The notes: generated from the letters alone by a model not told the origin. A stretch of DNA of 64,000 nt from Balanoglossus misakiensis (GCA_040954595.2 CM082588.2:5468202-5532201); one strand, 5' to 3'. Numbered from the stretch's first letter, positions 48,958 through 63,085 are shown. A program made the numbers and translations.

Positions 48958-49147
48958 CAGAACTTCCTGACCTGTGACCGTGAACTGTGCTGTACGGTAC
49001 GGAACTCATTTTCACGAGTGATGCGGTGTGTTCTGGGGAACTAATTTCACTCGATGTCGCACGTGAAAGTACAACCAATTATTCCGCATCATGAGTGAAA
49101 ATAATTTCCGTAGCGCACAGATCGCGCGCAGAGGTCATGAAGTTCTG
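48958..49147. mobile_element. Foldback/MITE-like long imperfect inverted repeat just downstream of the GPCR stop
   Basis: Outer arms CAGAACTTCCTGACCTGTG / revcomp CAGAACTTCATGACCTCTG; inner arms TACGGAACTCATTTTCACGAGTGATGCGG / revcomp TACGGAAATTATTTTCACTCATGATGCGG. Confidence 0.65.
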
Positions 49148-52100
49148 TTACTATTCCATATGTTTCCTCAGAGTTGACGAAAATTGAAGTTTCGATCGTG
49201 GCGTATTGATTTATCAGTACAGTGATGCGGTTAAGACGAAGCACTCCAGAGACAGTCGTTCATTGGTCAAAGTTACGCATCCTTTGTTATGCAAAGTAGG
49301 GTCATGTTGGGTCAGGTCATCGCTCAGGTCACGAGGTCGCACCGGCAATATACATGTGTCTATGTATGTATACATGTAATATTTGATGTTAATTTTTCTT
49401 GCTTTAATCTATTTTTCAGCCATTGAGATTTCGTCAATCACTCCTGCGGGCATACCAACAATGAATGCCTCCACAGCGTTCAGCGTGTACAACACAAAAG
49501 TGACAAATTTTGACAAGTTCACGACGTCAAGATGAAAACCTGTCTTGCAGTAGGCGACTACACTGTGGAAGAGAGCACAAAGAAATGGCGGCGCTAGTTA
49601 GAAAAGCCCTTCCGAAGAAGGTCAACAAAATCAACGATATGTTGATAACTCGTGCGCATATATTTGAGGTATAAGGATGTGACATTTTACTTGAGAATTC
49701 TTGTTAATTCGGAAATGCAGAGTTGGGCGTGTCATTTGTGCCTGATGAAAGGAATATGATATTTCAACATGAAGAGCATGTGTCAAGCAAGATGAAGTTT
49801 CTCTACTAAAGACTACACGAAGAAAGTTAACGGAAAGACATTTCTGACATTTCTTGCCAACTTAAGTGTTACTTTTGGCTACTTACTTATATATTGAGTT
49901 ATACATATATGTTGAGTTATACATTTTTATTTGAAAATACTTGATATTTATCATGCACTTTGCGGCTAAGAAATCCTCTAGCGGCAATATTCAACATTAT
50001 ACTATCAAACTGAGGATAAACAAGTGTACTTACGGAGGGTGTGTATGACAGTATTACAATTAAAACGGGTTGAGCTGCACAAATGCGAATGTGCTGAAGA
50101 GCATTTTTTTCCATTCTAATTATTAAGAGACAGTGATTGTGTATATTGTTGAAATTTTCACTAAACATCCGTCGACACGAGGGAAGTTACAGGGTTGTGT
50201 GTTTTGTTAAAGGGGCAAAGTTGCTCTCTTTAGACCATTTTGGTCAATATTGTTTGATATGAAAAGTTGTCTATGATGTTTGATTTCTTGAAGAGGACTT
50301 TAATTGACATGTATACATTATATTTATTTATTTATTTGATGGCGACTTTAGATGTTATTATAGATGTCTAAATTCTTCATTGTAAAAATTATGAATTCTG
50401 ACACTCCGAAAAAAAAAATCACCCAACCCCATTTTCGCATTCACTAAACCCGAGCCCGTATTGTCAACATCCCAAATGAAATAGGTCATTTTGATATTAC
50501 TGGCGGGGTTGCATTTCCATTTTCACTGTTGTTTTCAATTGTATTTGTTTATGTATAGGTCCAGAACACTTCACTTTGCTACAAGATTTAAAGTTTACTT
50601 ATGTTTCTGTTTGATAGAAAGCTTCACTTTTAAACGTTGTAATTTGATGGGTTTCATATTGCCATTGTATTTATTTGTATGCGGTAGTTGATTTTATCCT
50701 GGAAACATCATTGTAAAAGTCGCTGTCTTTTGACCCTTTTTGGTAAATTTTGTTTTATACGAAAAGTTGTCTATGGCGATAAAGCGCCTTTGCTTTCTTC
50801 GGTACTAGCTATAACGGGAAACGATGAAACCAAAATTCAGACAGTAGACATTCGTGGTTGTTCATATAAATGATTCGTATGAACGGTCTGGACACGTGTC
50901 CATATAACAAGATGAGGGATTTTGTTCATTTCATTTCTTTCTGAGTCATTTAAAAAAAATCGAGGAATTTTCTGGCTACATTAATTTTGTATGTTTTGGG
51001 CACTAGATGTATTTTAATTTTTTTCAGAAAGTTTACACACCTCTGGTGCTGGATAAAAGGGGAGATGACCCATATGCGAGATGTGCCTTCTTAATGAATT
51101 TCCAGTGGCGTTTACAGTTTGTAACGTTTTCTCATATTGTAACACTGACTAATAAATCTGTTATCACAAATCCCTTGTCGTCTTTTTGTGATTATGTGTT
51201 CCAAGCATACAACAATATACCGAATAGGCTTAACTGCAGTAGCCACAGGCACACGGATTCGATTGGCTATATTAAAATGAGGCATGTCTTATATCCACAT
51301 CTACATAGATTTTGAGTTTTAAGGAATAAGATTTGGATAACGTTAAGCTCGGTTTTCAATTATCATACTGCCTATATACTTGAGTTTCTTCCGCCTTCGT
51401 TCGACGAAACCACGTCTAGACATACCTGCTGGGTTTAGCTAACGGCCATAAAACAGGCCATTAATTCTTGAAAAGGATCCCAGTCGAGTAGTATGATGTC
51501 ACTGAGTCACCAATGCCCTCAACTGTCAATCATTGGAGTTGGATGATTGATTAGTGTCTGGACATTATTTGGCGCCTTGAGCGATTGCGATATAAACCCG
51601 TGGATAGTCTAGAATTTAAAAGGAAAACAGAGGGGCGTCCCGAAATTGTTCTATAGAGAGACTGGCTGTGTTACGTGACAGCTACCTGAGGCAAATTCAG
51701 TCAGGTGCAGAAGACAGCTTATACCAATTAGGAATTGATTGATTGATTGGCATGCTCATTTGAGCATATAAAAAACGAATAAAGTATTACTGAATTGAAT
51801 TGAATTGAATCACTTAGCCAGTCTGACATTCCAAGTTGATCTGATATGGTTTCAATTTAACTACAAAGGCAAATGATACAAGTCAAACTTAATGAAACTA
51901 GAATAGGCCTATGTACAAAGTTTTAAAAATTGTAACTTTTGTGCCGTTTTAACACAATGGGCCATGTGGCGTTTGTCTTGTGTCACGTGTGAACGTCCTC
52001 CCACACATAGTGCCACGCGAGATCTGGCAGGGTCCCGCAAATTTCGGGAAATGATCTATTCCTCTGTGAGTGCCGTCGCGACTTTGCTGGTGGGAGAGGC

Positions 52101-54492
52101 ATGCCTATATTTATGCTGCAAATAATTCCAGCTAGTGGAACAGGGGAAATATGGGACCATCATTCTGAGCTGATCTAGGGTATCCAAACCGATCAGTAAA
52201 TGAAGAGCCTTCTACATGTTTTTTAATCAATTTTCTGAAAGCGTATACCCTGCCTGGCATTATCGCTGTGGAACATACTAAGGTATCAGTGACTAGAAAA
52301 ATGAAATTGCTTTGTTTGGAATCCACATTTTTGAGATTTCCGTAGTCTCACAGTTTGAAGAAAATTGGCCGACAGCCTCATTCTTTTCGCCGGAGTTTCG
52401 CACAAACGTTCATGGTCAGATGTCTTTACACGAAAACACGTTTGTTCGTTTGCGCTCCCCGCGGTGTTGTGTTAATGGGCATTCTCGAACTCCTGCGCAG
52501 ACGTCTCATGCATAAACTGTCTATGCGTCCATTGTGAAATTGAATTCAGCTCGTTGTCTTGGTTTCGCGATTTTCACTGCTGGCCCTTTGTCAAGTGGTG
52601 AGCAGCCATACTCGCTGTTGGGAACTGTGGGGGTGGCGTGCTGGTTTGATGATAAACAAGCTCTTTTCAAAAGTGAATCATTTAGTGGAAGAATAGTGAG
52701 TCACGATGCAGCGGATATACAATTGCAAAATGTACTGTCATTGCCTCGAATTCAAGTTCGTGTCAAACAATCCACAGAAATATTACCCTCTTGATGAAAC
52801 TTTCGACCACGTGATGTACACAGTGACCATAACTACACGATCCTTTGCGTATAGTCTCGTGCAAATGTACTGTCAGTTTAAATCTAAATAAATTGGATGC
52901 GACAGTGATGTATCAAAAAGCCGGGATTATTATTTATGACGCGTACGGTTGGTATTTGATCTCATCTCGCTTTTGTCTCTCGCCAACTAAGTAATCCAGG
53001 CCGATGTGCGTCATCTTATCACGTTACAGAAACTAATAATGCCATTTCGAACTGGGTTTCTTGCGCAAATACCGCTTCACAAGGCCATCGCATGATTGCC
53101 CGATCGCGCAAATGCATGTTTATTGCTAAAGCGAGTCAGCGAACGGAAAAGTGGGTCATTTAATTACCGGAGAAGGCAGAACGCAGAAGTGAAGGACAAA
53201 TCCATCTCCATGTTTTGATAGGGGATTTTACCTTTAATGATTGCTGCTATAGTTTTCATTACCATCCAAGTTGGATGCGGTGCGATTCACAAGGAATCGT
53301 CATCAGGCATTGGGGGAAAACCATTCTATTTCTGGAGAGGGGTGGATGGAAATGACGGCAGATGGTGCGGAAGAAACGACAATTCTTCTATAGGAAAAAA
53401 ACGTGGAATATCCACAGCATCGCCAATAATGGTTCAATCAAGATACAAATAGACAGGTTCCTTCCGTGCAAGCCTGCATGTACATGTACAGTAGCCTGGG
53501 ACCCAATTATCTCCATTTACGGAGGTGTGAGCGTGAAACTTAAGAGGTTTCAGGGGAAAACCATGCGGCCTGACGATTGCAGTTTGCACCTGAACAGTCA
53601 CTAATTAATACATGTGTTATGTATACATGACGTCACTGATATTATACAGGCCGATTTGCTCGAAGACACGCATTCTGTAAAAGACTTGAATCTATCTTCT
53701 CACACCCCGTTTCTACAGTTGCTTATTGCAAGAGTATACAACTCCGAAGTGAAACGTCTGGAGGAATATCATTTCTCAGAAAAATCTATCCCCGAGGCTT
53801 GTACTATCTTAATACAAGAAAAACGGTTCCATATTAGTAACGTCGTTAGCCTATTTCCTGGATACCGTACCAGCAATGGGGTACTTATTTTCACTGTAAC
53901 CCTCTAACCTTTCAATTCCGGGATGTAGCATGTGGTCACAAACACCAATTATTCAGCTGATTAGCCGTTATTAAGATATCCTGCACATCTGGTTGAATAA
54001 CGAGACAAATAGAGTTTGATCAAATTTTCCTTGCGTTCACTCGGCTTACAACATACTGGTGACCCAGCAAAGCCTGCGCTGCATCACGCGCAGAAAGGCA
54101 TACTTCGTAAAACTCAGTATGATACTTGCGGTGACGTTTTCAGTTTATTCCATGATATCAACACGATACCCTACACCGATCGAGACTAGGCCCTTAAAAC
54201 TGGTTTGGCTCAAAACGGTGCTACGGGCCTCGTCTAAAAAATCAGAAATTTGTCGCTTTGGTCTGAATTGCACTAAATCCATATTTAGCCACCATGAGAG
54301 AACATTCTGGATTTTTTTTCAATAAGTCACTTTTATTATTCGAGTCAATAAAACATTAGACAATTACTCGTTAAACAAACGCATATTGATTCTTGGAAAT
54401 GTCTAATTGAAATTTGATTTTAATTAATCGGAAGTGACCAATATGTCCGAGTTTATTCAGCATGAATCCTTTTAATGAAAGAAAATATTTTT

Positions 54493-57400
54493 TCAAGGCA
54501 AACTCTTCGCTGCCCTGACCATGTTAGCGATTTTTTGACGAAGAGTGTCCCTCGGCAGATGGGCGAGGCCGCAGTCGGGGGAAATGATTAAACGTTCAGC
54601 CGGTATGTGGGCCAACACCTCCTTGATTCGACGGCGAATCTCTTCTTCGGTTTCCACGCGACTATTCGCAATAGCGATGACTCCCAGGATAATTTTCGAT
54701 TTCTTGAAACGCTCAAAAAGTCTCAGGTCGTTGTGCCGGTGCGCGTCTTCGATTGAAACTGAAAGAAGATAGGACTGTGTGATTGACTGTGTTACTTCTT
54801 AAGATTGAAAGTAGAGGGCGCACTGTTGGCAACAGGAAGTGACATGCACTGATCTGACCCATCGATCTGACCCCAGCGGCCATACATTTTGGTCACGAGC
54901 GGCAATACGCACAGTTTGGATTTGCCTGAAATACTAACTACTGAGCCGACTATGTCTTACTTGCGTCGAAGCCAGCGTTGTCCAACTGATCTGCTAGTTG
55001 GAAATAAACACCAGCGTCAGCCTTTTCGTAATCCGTTTGGTCCTGCCGTGAAAGGGTAAATGATGGTTACATTTCAGCCACCGGTGCGGATAACTTTTTG
55101 TGACGGTAAGTCGAAAGAAACTTTTGTGTGCGTGGATCATTCCGAACAAACACGTTACCAACTTTGTTTGTTTTTGTTGGTCGTTGTTGTTGTTGGTTGT
55201 GATTTATTGTTGTGTTTGCCATTGGTAGATTTCTCTCGTACTCGTAGCTTTACATTCGAACACAAGAGTGCGCTGTTGCATTTATTGTTTGTTAATTCTT
55301 TTCTAGGTCTTACTGGCTTCCCATAGAGAAATGCTGCGGAATAAATACGAAAGATATTTCACAATGATGACCTCACCAAGTAATACGGGTAACCACAACA
55401 TAGATGGATTGATTTCATCACTTCCGGCCCAACCCCCTCAAAACATCTGGCTGCATGTTCTATCCCGTACTCCAAAGCTACATCCGGGCTCCTCACCATG
55501 ACTGGTTCGTCAAGCTGTATGTGCCGACACCCTGCAATGGGTAAGTCATTCATTTTAATTACTGTTTCGGCTTGTTGAGCTGGTTTAAGCTATACGTCTT
55601 GGCGCACAATTTGATTAAAATCAGATGTAGTCAGGCGCCGCCTTTACTTTCGCTGATTCTTGGGTGTTCTATTCGGAATTGCAACACGGAATAGTCCACA
55701 TTGCACCTGGACCTCGTTTAAATCTCGCGCTTTCTCGAGCCAATCAGAGCGCTCGTTATAGAAAACGCTGGAGGGGGAAGCAACGAACTAGAAACGAAAC
55801 TCTGAATAGTCCTGAGCTTCCTTTGACGCAAAATGCTCCATTTTCCATGCATTTCTGGCCATAATTACGTTAAGATGAAACAGATGTTTCCACCCACCTG
55901 CTTTAACCAATCCTTTGATCTGTCTGTTGATGGTTTTGACGAGATCTTCACTTAACGTTTTATTGTCTGTGTAGAATTCATCTATGACGTAAACACATTG
56001 AAACAGTTGTGAGATAATAGTCACAAATCGTTCCAGTCAACGTACACTTGAATATCAAAACGATGCGCAAAATGGCAAAGGGTGGGACTCTTTTATTTGA
56101 TGCAAATTTCTCTGCTGTCGTTCACTCCCAACAACGTATTTTGGTGCGACGGAATCTTTTCATCTTAGTAAGTGCTTTAGTGGCCACGTCATGTAGGGGT
56201 CATGAAAATGTCATGTTCGGTAGGGTGTTTTGTTGTTTTAGTAATTAAGTGTTCCAAGTCTAATTTCGTTGCCAAAAGTTGGTTAAAATAATTCATACTA
56301 TGAGTTGTTCCTATTATGGTCACTGGTCCCGGTATGGTGTACTTCACTGGCACACTTGACATTTCCTGTGAGGGAGTAAGGGTTGTAAATACAGATGAGT
56401 CCTCAAAACCTTTCAATAGTTTGATATATTAAAGTGTGAGGAGTGTTTTTGAACTTAAACAAAGAGGAAAAAAAGACGCGTGGTTCTCACCATCTTGTTC
56501 TTAAAAAAATCACCACATTTCCTTAATAGAGTTCAGTTAAGAAATAGTAGTACGTCGCCCGCCATTTTGATTTTCAAATTTGAGACGATTTTGCTTTGAG
56601 AAGGAAAGAAAGGGACGGAATGGAACCTGATGACATATTCAAATTCACCTGTGTTTCTTTCCATTCCTGACCGGCCCAGTCACCTAGCTCTCCATCTTCT
56701 TCATGTGCGCGAATGTAGAAAATAGAAAATACATGTATGTCAAAATGTACAGTCATATCTCATCTTATTTCATGTCAGATGTTTCATATGTGGCATCATT
56801 TAACAATCTATCTATCTATCTATCCGTGACTGTATGTCTGTCTGTGTAGGTTTCTAGGTAGATAGATAGAGGGGCATCTACTTAAAGTATTTGCAAAAGA
56901 ATTACCAATTTTTCCTACAATGCGAGGAAGGGCGTCATGACTGGCACCATTTCGATACGTTTTCACACATAGATTTTCGAAATCAAAGCCTTCTACCCGA
57001 CGGCTGAAACGAGGACAAAATGAAAACAGGAAATATAGCGATTAGGAACAGCAACGCATTTGTACATCAGTTCCAGTGTTCATTATCATTCAATGCAAGC
57101 TAGTTACCAGGTCCGCTTTTCACATGGTAAACTTGTGGAACCATGGCTGGATCTTACGCATCAGTTGGACGAGATTTGGTAGAGTATGTTTCCGAGGCTG
57201 TGCGTGTTTCATCGGTGTTCTTGTATTTGAGATAATTAAGTCGCTCACCAAAAGTGGTAGAGGTATGTCTCTCTTTCCATCTCGCCATCCGTAACAACGT
57301 CAATACCGGCTGCAATCTGCTCCTCTAAGGCTTCCTTGATTGCTGATTTGACTTTCGTCTTCAATTCTGTAAGATGACAGAGTCGTGGTTTTCGCTGGCA

Positions 57401-58643
57401 AAACAATGGGTTTAGAGCTAAAGGAAATTGTGCAGGACAGGTTGCCCTTGTGGTATCCCAGTATGCAACATTTCTGTATTGTACCTTCCCAATATGCAAT
57501 AACTAATCCTATTTGTAATAATCACAAGTATCTTATATGTTATACTAAGCCAATAGTTTATACTTTTCCTTATAAACTGTTGGTAACCCATCAACTGTGA
57601 GTTTCCAGATAATTTGTTTAAAGTCGTTATCTCAGCTATATAGTCTCCCTCAACGGGCTACGCAGACAATGACTAGTGACCTTGGCTAGTGAATGTGCAG
57701 TAGTGTACTAAGTTCAACCCGGATCACTCCGTGTCACTGACACACGTGTATATTGACACAGAATGATATTTTCAAGTATCCTATACCTAATCTATACAGT
57801 GGTATAAAACCAGAGAGAGTTCTTTTACGCAGTTTTGGCTTGATATAATGGAAATTAGTTCCCATAAAAAATCATTTCACTGTTTCCAACGATTTAGGTC
57901 AGCAGAGTGATATATACGATATACATGTTAACAAGGTCAATTGCCTTTGAAAGTTATCTCTGTACTGGAGATACATTGTGTCGTGGATTCTGGTCCACAT
58001 ATAGCACAGCGGGTCACCCAAAAATAAACTATTGCTTTATGGGCCTACGTCATGTATTTCACTATATTTTGCCTTCCAAGAATATTAATATCTTATACAT
58101 GTTTGACTATCCTATTTCATGTGATCTGTTTCTTGCTGTGTTAAACCAATGGCGCAAAACGTATGCAAAGGTGACTGTACACTATATACATGTACAATAT
58201 ACTGTGCACAATGTCATCGATTTTATCTCTCGTTACGTTTCGAATGTTTGCATTGGTTTGATTGAACGTACAGTGTGGGTTATAGGCCTACATGATCACA
58301 CGACTGACGCGGTCGCACAATGTGCATGCGTCCACTCCATTCGCGCTAACATTGGCTGAAATTTAAGATGTTGTTACCACATAGTGAACCACATATAAAC
58401 TTGAAGAAAATCAATCCTTCGTACAGTACGTGCAATGGACCGTACAATGTACATGCAATGTGCCATCCCTTTTTAAAAATCAATTGGCTCGTCGTCCTTG
58501 AAGTTCGACTTACCTTCTTTCTCGTACTGGTTGCATACCTTAGTGTAGGTGTTGGGCCAATATTCCGTGGTTTCAAACCAATTTGGCAAATCCAAATAGT
58601 CAGGCTTGGGGTAGCTGCCTATCACGGTTGTTAGCAGGCCCAT
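54493..58643 (-). CDS. Half-size cobalamin-independent methionine synthase (MetE C-terminal catalytic barrel only, core methionine synthase type), 349 aa
   Basis: Exons 58643-58514, 57366-57249, 57003-56906, 56698-56649, 56365-56299, 55981-55898, 55531-55377, 55042-54961, 54758-54493; 1050 nt, phases consistent. Motifs TTVIGSYPKP, AGIDVVTDGEMER, PVKYTIPGP, IQLDEP; Zn ligands H-L-C (IHLCCG), E (SIED) and C (SPDCGL). Confidence 0.93.
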
Positions 58644-58793
58644 GTTTGCGGAGATCGTGCAGGACAGATGCACATTGTTATTCAATGCAGGTTGAAGGTC
58701 GATCGGGCAGTTCAGAGTGCAAAGTTCGTGATATAGTTTGTGTGTTTTTTATTCTGGCGTCAATCAACATGTCATGGTTTTATGTTGTTACAT

Positions 58794-58846
58794 AATGTCG
58801 GTATTACAAAAGATTAACAAATGTCGGTATTACAAAGAATTAACAA
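58794..58846. repeat. Short tandem duplication (~26 bp x2) upstream of the MetE-like gene
   Basis: AATGTCGGTATTACAAAAGATTAACA followed by AATGTCGGTATTACAAAGAATTAACAA. Confidence 0.8.
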
Positions 58847-59275
58847 GTGCACTATTGACACGTGGCAATTGTGAAGTTAACTATATGGTTGTAAATTTAA
58901 TTCAGAAAATGTGACGGCGCTGTAGCGGTGTTATGCAGCTAAAATTCAATATGATTTTCCCGTCGTACCCGTACCCGTTGTTCGACAAGCCTGTGTCGAG
59001 GCAGTTGGCTACATGTTCATAGACTGGACCAAAAGGATACGAGAGTAAAAATCTTGCCAAAATGAATATACGGTAGAGACCGATTATTCATTTTGGCGAG
59101 TTGTTTCAGTCTCGTGTCTGGATGGAAGTTGTAAGTGGTTGAACGTTAATTCACTATGTATCCACCTGTACATTAACATAAACAGCGTCTTGTATCAAAC
59201 ATAATTAATGGAAAGAGGGTAGCGAGGGAGACTTTGTCCCTTTAAGAAAATGACGAACAGGTCAAAACAGCCAAA

Positions 59276-62200
59276 TCAGTTTCTGTCTGTAAATGTAAAT
59301 CGTGCTGGTTGATCGGGAGCAGTGGCAGTGCGCATGATCATTCCCATTTTGCCGTGTTTCCAGGTGATGTGGAAGTTTTGAAGAAGCTGTTAAAGAAAGG
59401 AGAGACATCTGTTGTTAAACGCGTATAGACTCGAAGAAGTCACATATTTGTATGTGCTAACTGCAAAAAATACACTCACCATTACACATAAATTCTGTGA
59501 GGTTCAATATAATAGTTATTATTACCCATCACTGCAGATTGTCTGTGGTTAATACGCCAGCATTTTTTTTCATTACTTTTTAGCCTATATAGAATTCTGG
59601 ATTGTTTTAATTTAATCTCAATTGGTAAACAATATATATATCTCAATGTTTTACCTTAATAATGATAACTCTGAGCTCCTGTTGGGCGATACGTTTACCC
59701 AAGCACATCCTCGGTCCATGTCCAAAAGGTAGCACCATAAAGGGGCTGATATCCCCTTGCATCTGGTCTCCTCGAATCCATCTCTCTGGAATAAACTTCT
59801 CTGGCTCGGGACAGTATTCTTCCAGCATTCCTGATATGTTGAGGTATCGCACCAAGGTCTGTAAAAGAATATGGCATGCACTAAGGTTAAACGCCAGCAT
59901 GTTTTTCAGTTCGTTCCTCCTGTTCTTTAGTACTGTGCTGTGCAGTCTCTTGGTAAGCCAAGACAAAGCCAGATAGAAAGTAATCTTCATGGCACCGTAT
60001 GTCCTAAGACTTTCTCAGACTAAGACTTTGAAAGTGCTTGCTTGAGTCTCAGGCTACAGAGAAGCTGTATTCATTGTTGGAAATAATTGTAGGGTGAATG
60101 ATTTTGAACATTTCATGAATTTATGTATATCGTGACGTCAATTGTCTTCAAAATGGCTGTCTGACTTACCCCTGCTGGCACGTTATAACCACTAAGAACC
60201 AAATCTTTGCTAGTTTTACGCAGGTTGCCCATTAGAATTGGATATATCCTGTCGAAAGACAAAAATGAACACAATGATCTTCACTGGTTTGTTTTTCTTC
60301 AATTTATGGTACCATCTTCTAAACGCGCCTTTATCATCAAAAGCGCCACCACCGGCACCAACAAAACTAGCAACAGCATCTTAGTGCTCGCATACCTATA
60401 TTGAGTTACTTTTTTGCAATCATGCCGAAATATCACTGTCATTCAAAAGATACCGAGAGTACCCCATTGTATTCTATTCTGTTCTGTTATGTTTTGTTCT
60501 GTTCTACGGGATCTAATAGTATGGGGTATAGACCCTATCTCGTACCTGATGGTTTCTTTCAAGCAGGCATTGAGATACGACATGTTTGCCAGGGCTCCTT
60601 CGGTAATTTCCCCGGTGCTTGGTAATGTTGATACGATCTCCTCGTGCAGTTTTTCCTGCTTGTCGAGATTCGTGGCAAGGGTGTATAGATTGAACACCAG
60701 CGAATGAGAGGTCTGTGGATAGAGTGTAGTGGACAAATTTAACTGCATGCAGCAGTCAGTGCAACTCTATCAAATATCATTTGCAATGACAGAATAAGGC
60801 CAACCAATGAGTTATTAAGACGTATATAAACACTTCAGAAAAACGCGATATTTCATATTTGCAATCATCCGCATGTGGTAACTACTAGTATTGCACAGAA
60901 CTTGTCATTTTGCATACGATCATTGAATTTACATCAACAATTAAGGGATCTCAGTCGGCCTGTTTCATTGTCACTCGGCGTTACGATGTGTTATAACAGA
61001 ATAACACCAACCTGTTAAAAACTGGGTCCCAAATAATTCTCCGAAAATTTGCTAACGCTTACCGTATCAATGCCACCCATGATCAAATCAGCCAGCGTAG
61101 AAATGATCTCGTCGTGTGCAAGCTCTTCTCGACTAATCAGTGACTGCAGCAAATTCGGTACGCCTCCCGACTCATCGTCCTCCGAAGCCCTGGCCCGGGC
61201 GATCGCTTCCTCCACGTATTTCTTCGTTATTCTGGGTGTCAGCATACGCAGATAAAGTTAAACAAGTGTTAGAATAATTATTCATTATGATCCCATTGTA
61301 ATGCAAATGCAGTTGTGTAATCATTGGATGGTTCTGATGAATGTGACAAGCGCCCTCATGAGGAACAGTTTGTAGTACGGATGTTACTCTTTACTCCGGC
61401 CATATTGTAAAAGGATGGTTCTGGTGTGCTGTCATTGTCAATCCGACATTATGTCCGCCATCATGGGTGATCCCTACAACTCAACAACAATCGCAATGAA
61501 AGCTGGTCTTTAAAATTAGGATGTGTATACATGTGTAAAGCAAATCATGATTTCTATTCATGGTGCTACTTATCATGAAGAAACACAAAACACCACATGT
61601 GTACATATGAAAATTGGGCGAAATAGTCACAGAAAGTGTGTTGTACAAAGTCTCAATGATCACCTGAAGAGCGTATCCTGACTGTGGAGAAATCTCTTCC
61701 AGGTCGGGGTATTGACGTATTTGTAAATTGGGAGGCTGTACATCAATGTTCTGAGCGTCTCCAATATGGTATCAGCAGCGTTGATTATCCGCTGTGCTTC
61801 TGAGTTTGGGTCCAATTGCGGTTCAAGACAACCCAGCCTTGTATCCAGTGTGACCTTGCAGACGGCTGCGACGAAATAGGGCGGTGTTAGATTAGGAGGT
61901 TAAAGGGGGAGGGGTCGTTGTTGATCAATGCACTGTGAGGATGTAGATGCACACATGCATTTATATGCTGATGACGAAATGGGCAACATTGTGCGTTGCA
62001 ATCCCATGATTTGAATTCCCGGTAAGGCTACAAGTAATTGGCGGAGCATATGATGACGTCATGAGAAATAGCACATTTGCAACATGATGGATTGTGTGCT
62101 TTTAAGCACACTACGTCATTCACAGTCTACTTACATTCAAGGGCCCACTTGTAGATTTGATGTTGAAAGTCCGGGATCTCTCCATCTTTGTCTCTCAGTT

Positions 62201-63085
62201 CCCTCATCAAGTCAATGAAATCCTTGCTGACAACGTCAATGGAGGGCGTATATGTGGCGACGGTCTTCGGTCTCATCATAGAGGGCTGCACAGCTCTTCT
62301 TGCTCTGCGCCACTCGTCGCCTTGCCTGTGAACATAGCGTGATGACGTCAAAATATGTGAGCTGTAAAAGTTGCTCTGGTGTGTGTGCATACGAGAGAGA
62401 TGCGTGCCATCATCCAACCAGAACGGAAAGAACGACAGGAATATGTTCGATTCATGCAAGTAACCCACTTACAGATTTACAATTCCGATGGGTCGGTTGA
62501 ATACTTCGTTGGCCTTTAACAGAGGCCTAACAGCTGGTCGCTCAGGCGCCAGACTATCATTCTTGAACATGGTTTCGCCGTCGGCCGGGTCCACAATGTT
62601 CAGCAAATTTATAGTGCCTATTTTCTCGATCCAGATTTTGCCCAATTTGCGGTATCTGTCCAAGCAGGCTTCCAAAAGCTTGTCTGTGCCGTAAGAACCT
62701 GTACACGAAATTCGTCGACAAGGACACAGGCCTGGTTTAGTTTTATGTACTGACCATTGATTTTTCTATTAGTCCAGTTGATAAAAAACACATTTATTTA
62801 TGATTTGTTGCAAGTCTAACAAAGACGTGTACATGTAGTTTATTCCCACCAAAGTGTATTTCTGAATGGCAGATATAAGGCCATACGCTTACCGAGAGGA
62901 CTGTAATCGAGGAATGCAAATTTTGGCTTTGGTATTTCGTTGAACGCACGTGGTTTGGGTAAATCTTCGGCGTCCTTGTCACTGGCCCCGGTCACGGTCG
63001 CCGCAGACCCTCTGTCACGTCTGACCACCATACACATAACCACACGTCGCTTCGACACCCGAATACCTTGCCTTGCCGAATGCAT
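59276..63085 (-). CDS. Cytochrome P450, mitochondrial clan (CYP27/CYP24/CYP302-like group), ~513 aa
   Basis: Exons 63085-62893, 62698-62473, 62325-62135, 61865-61664, 61231-61063, 60712-60546, 60248-60170, 59858-59655, 59386-59276; 1542 nt, phases consistent. Arg-rich presequence with no ER anchor, F-x-x-IP, GDEWRRARR, GGIDTT, KETIR, FIPERW, heme motif PFGHGPRMCLG. The frame stays open up to an acceptor at 63110, so the true start may lie further upstream. Confidence 0.93.

Noticed and set aside
50235-50780. Two similar ~40-bp segments (..GAAAAGTTGTCTATG..)
   Set aside because: AT-rich degenerate repeat, probably a transposon relic; no boundaries definable.
56695-56698. NAGNAG tandem acceptor in MetE-like exon 4
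   Set aside because: Changes only one residue and cannot be resolved without reads; a common feature.
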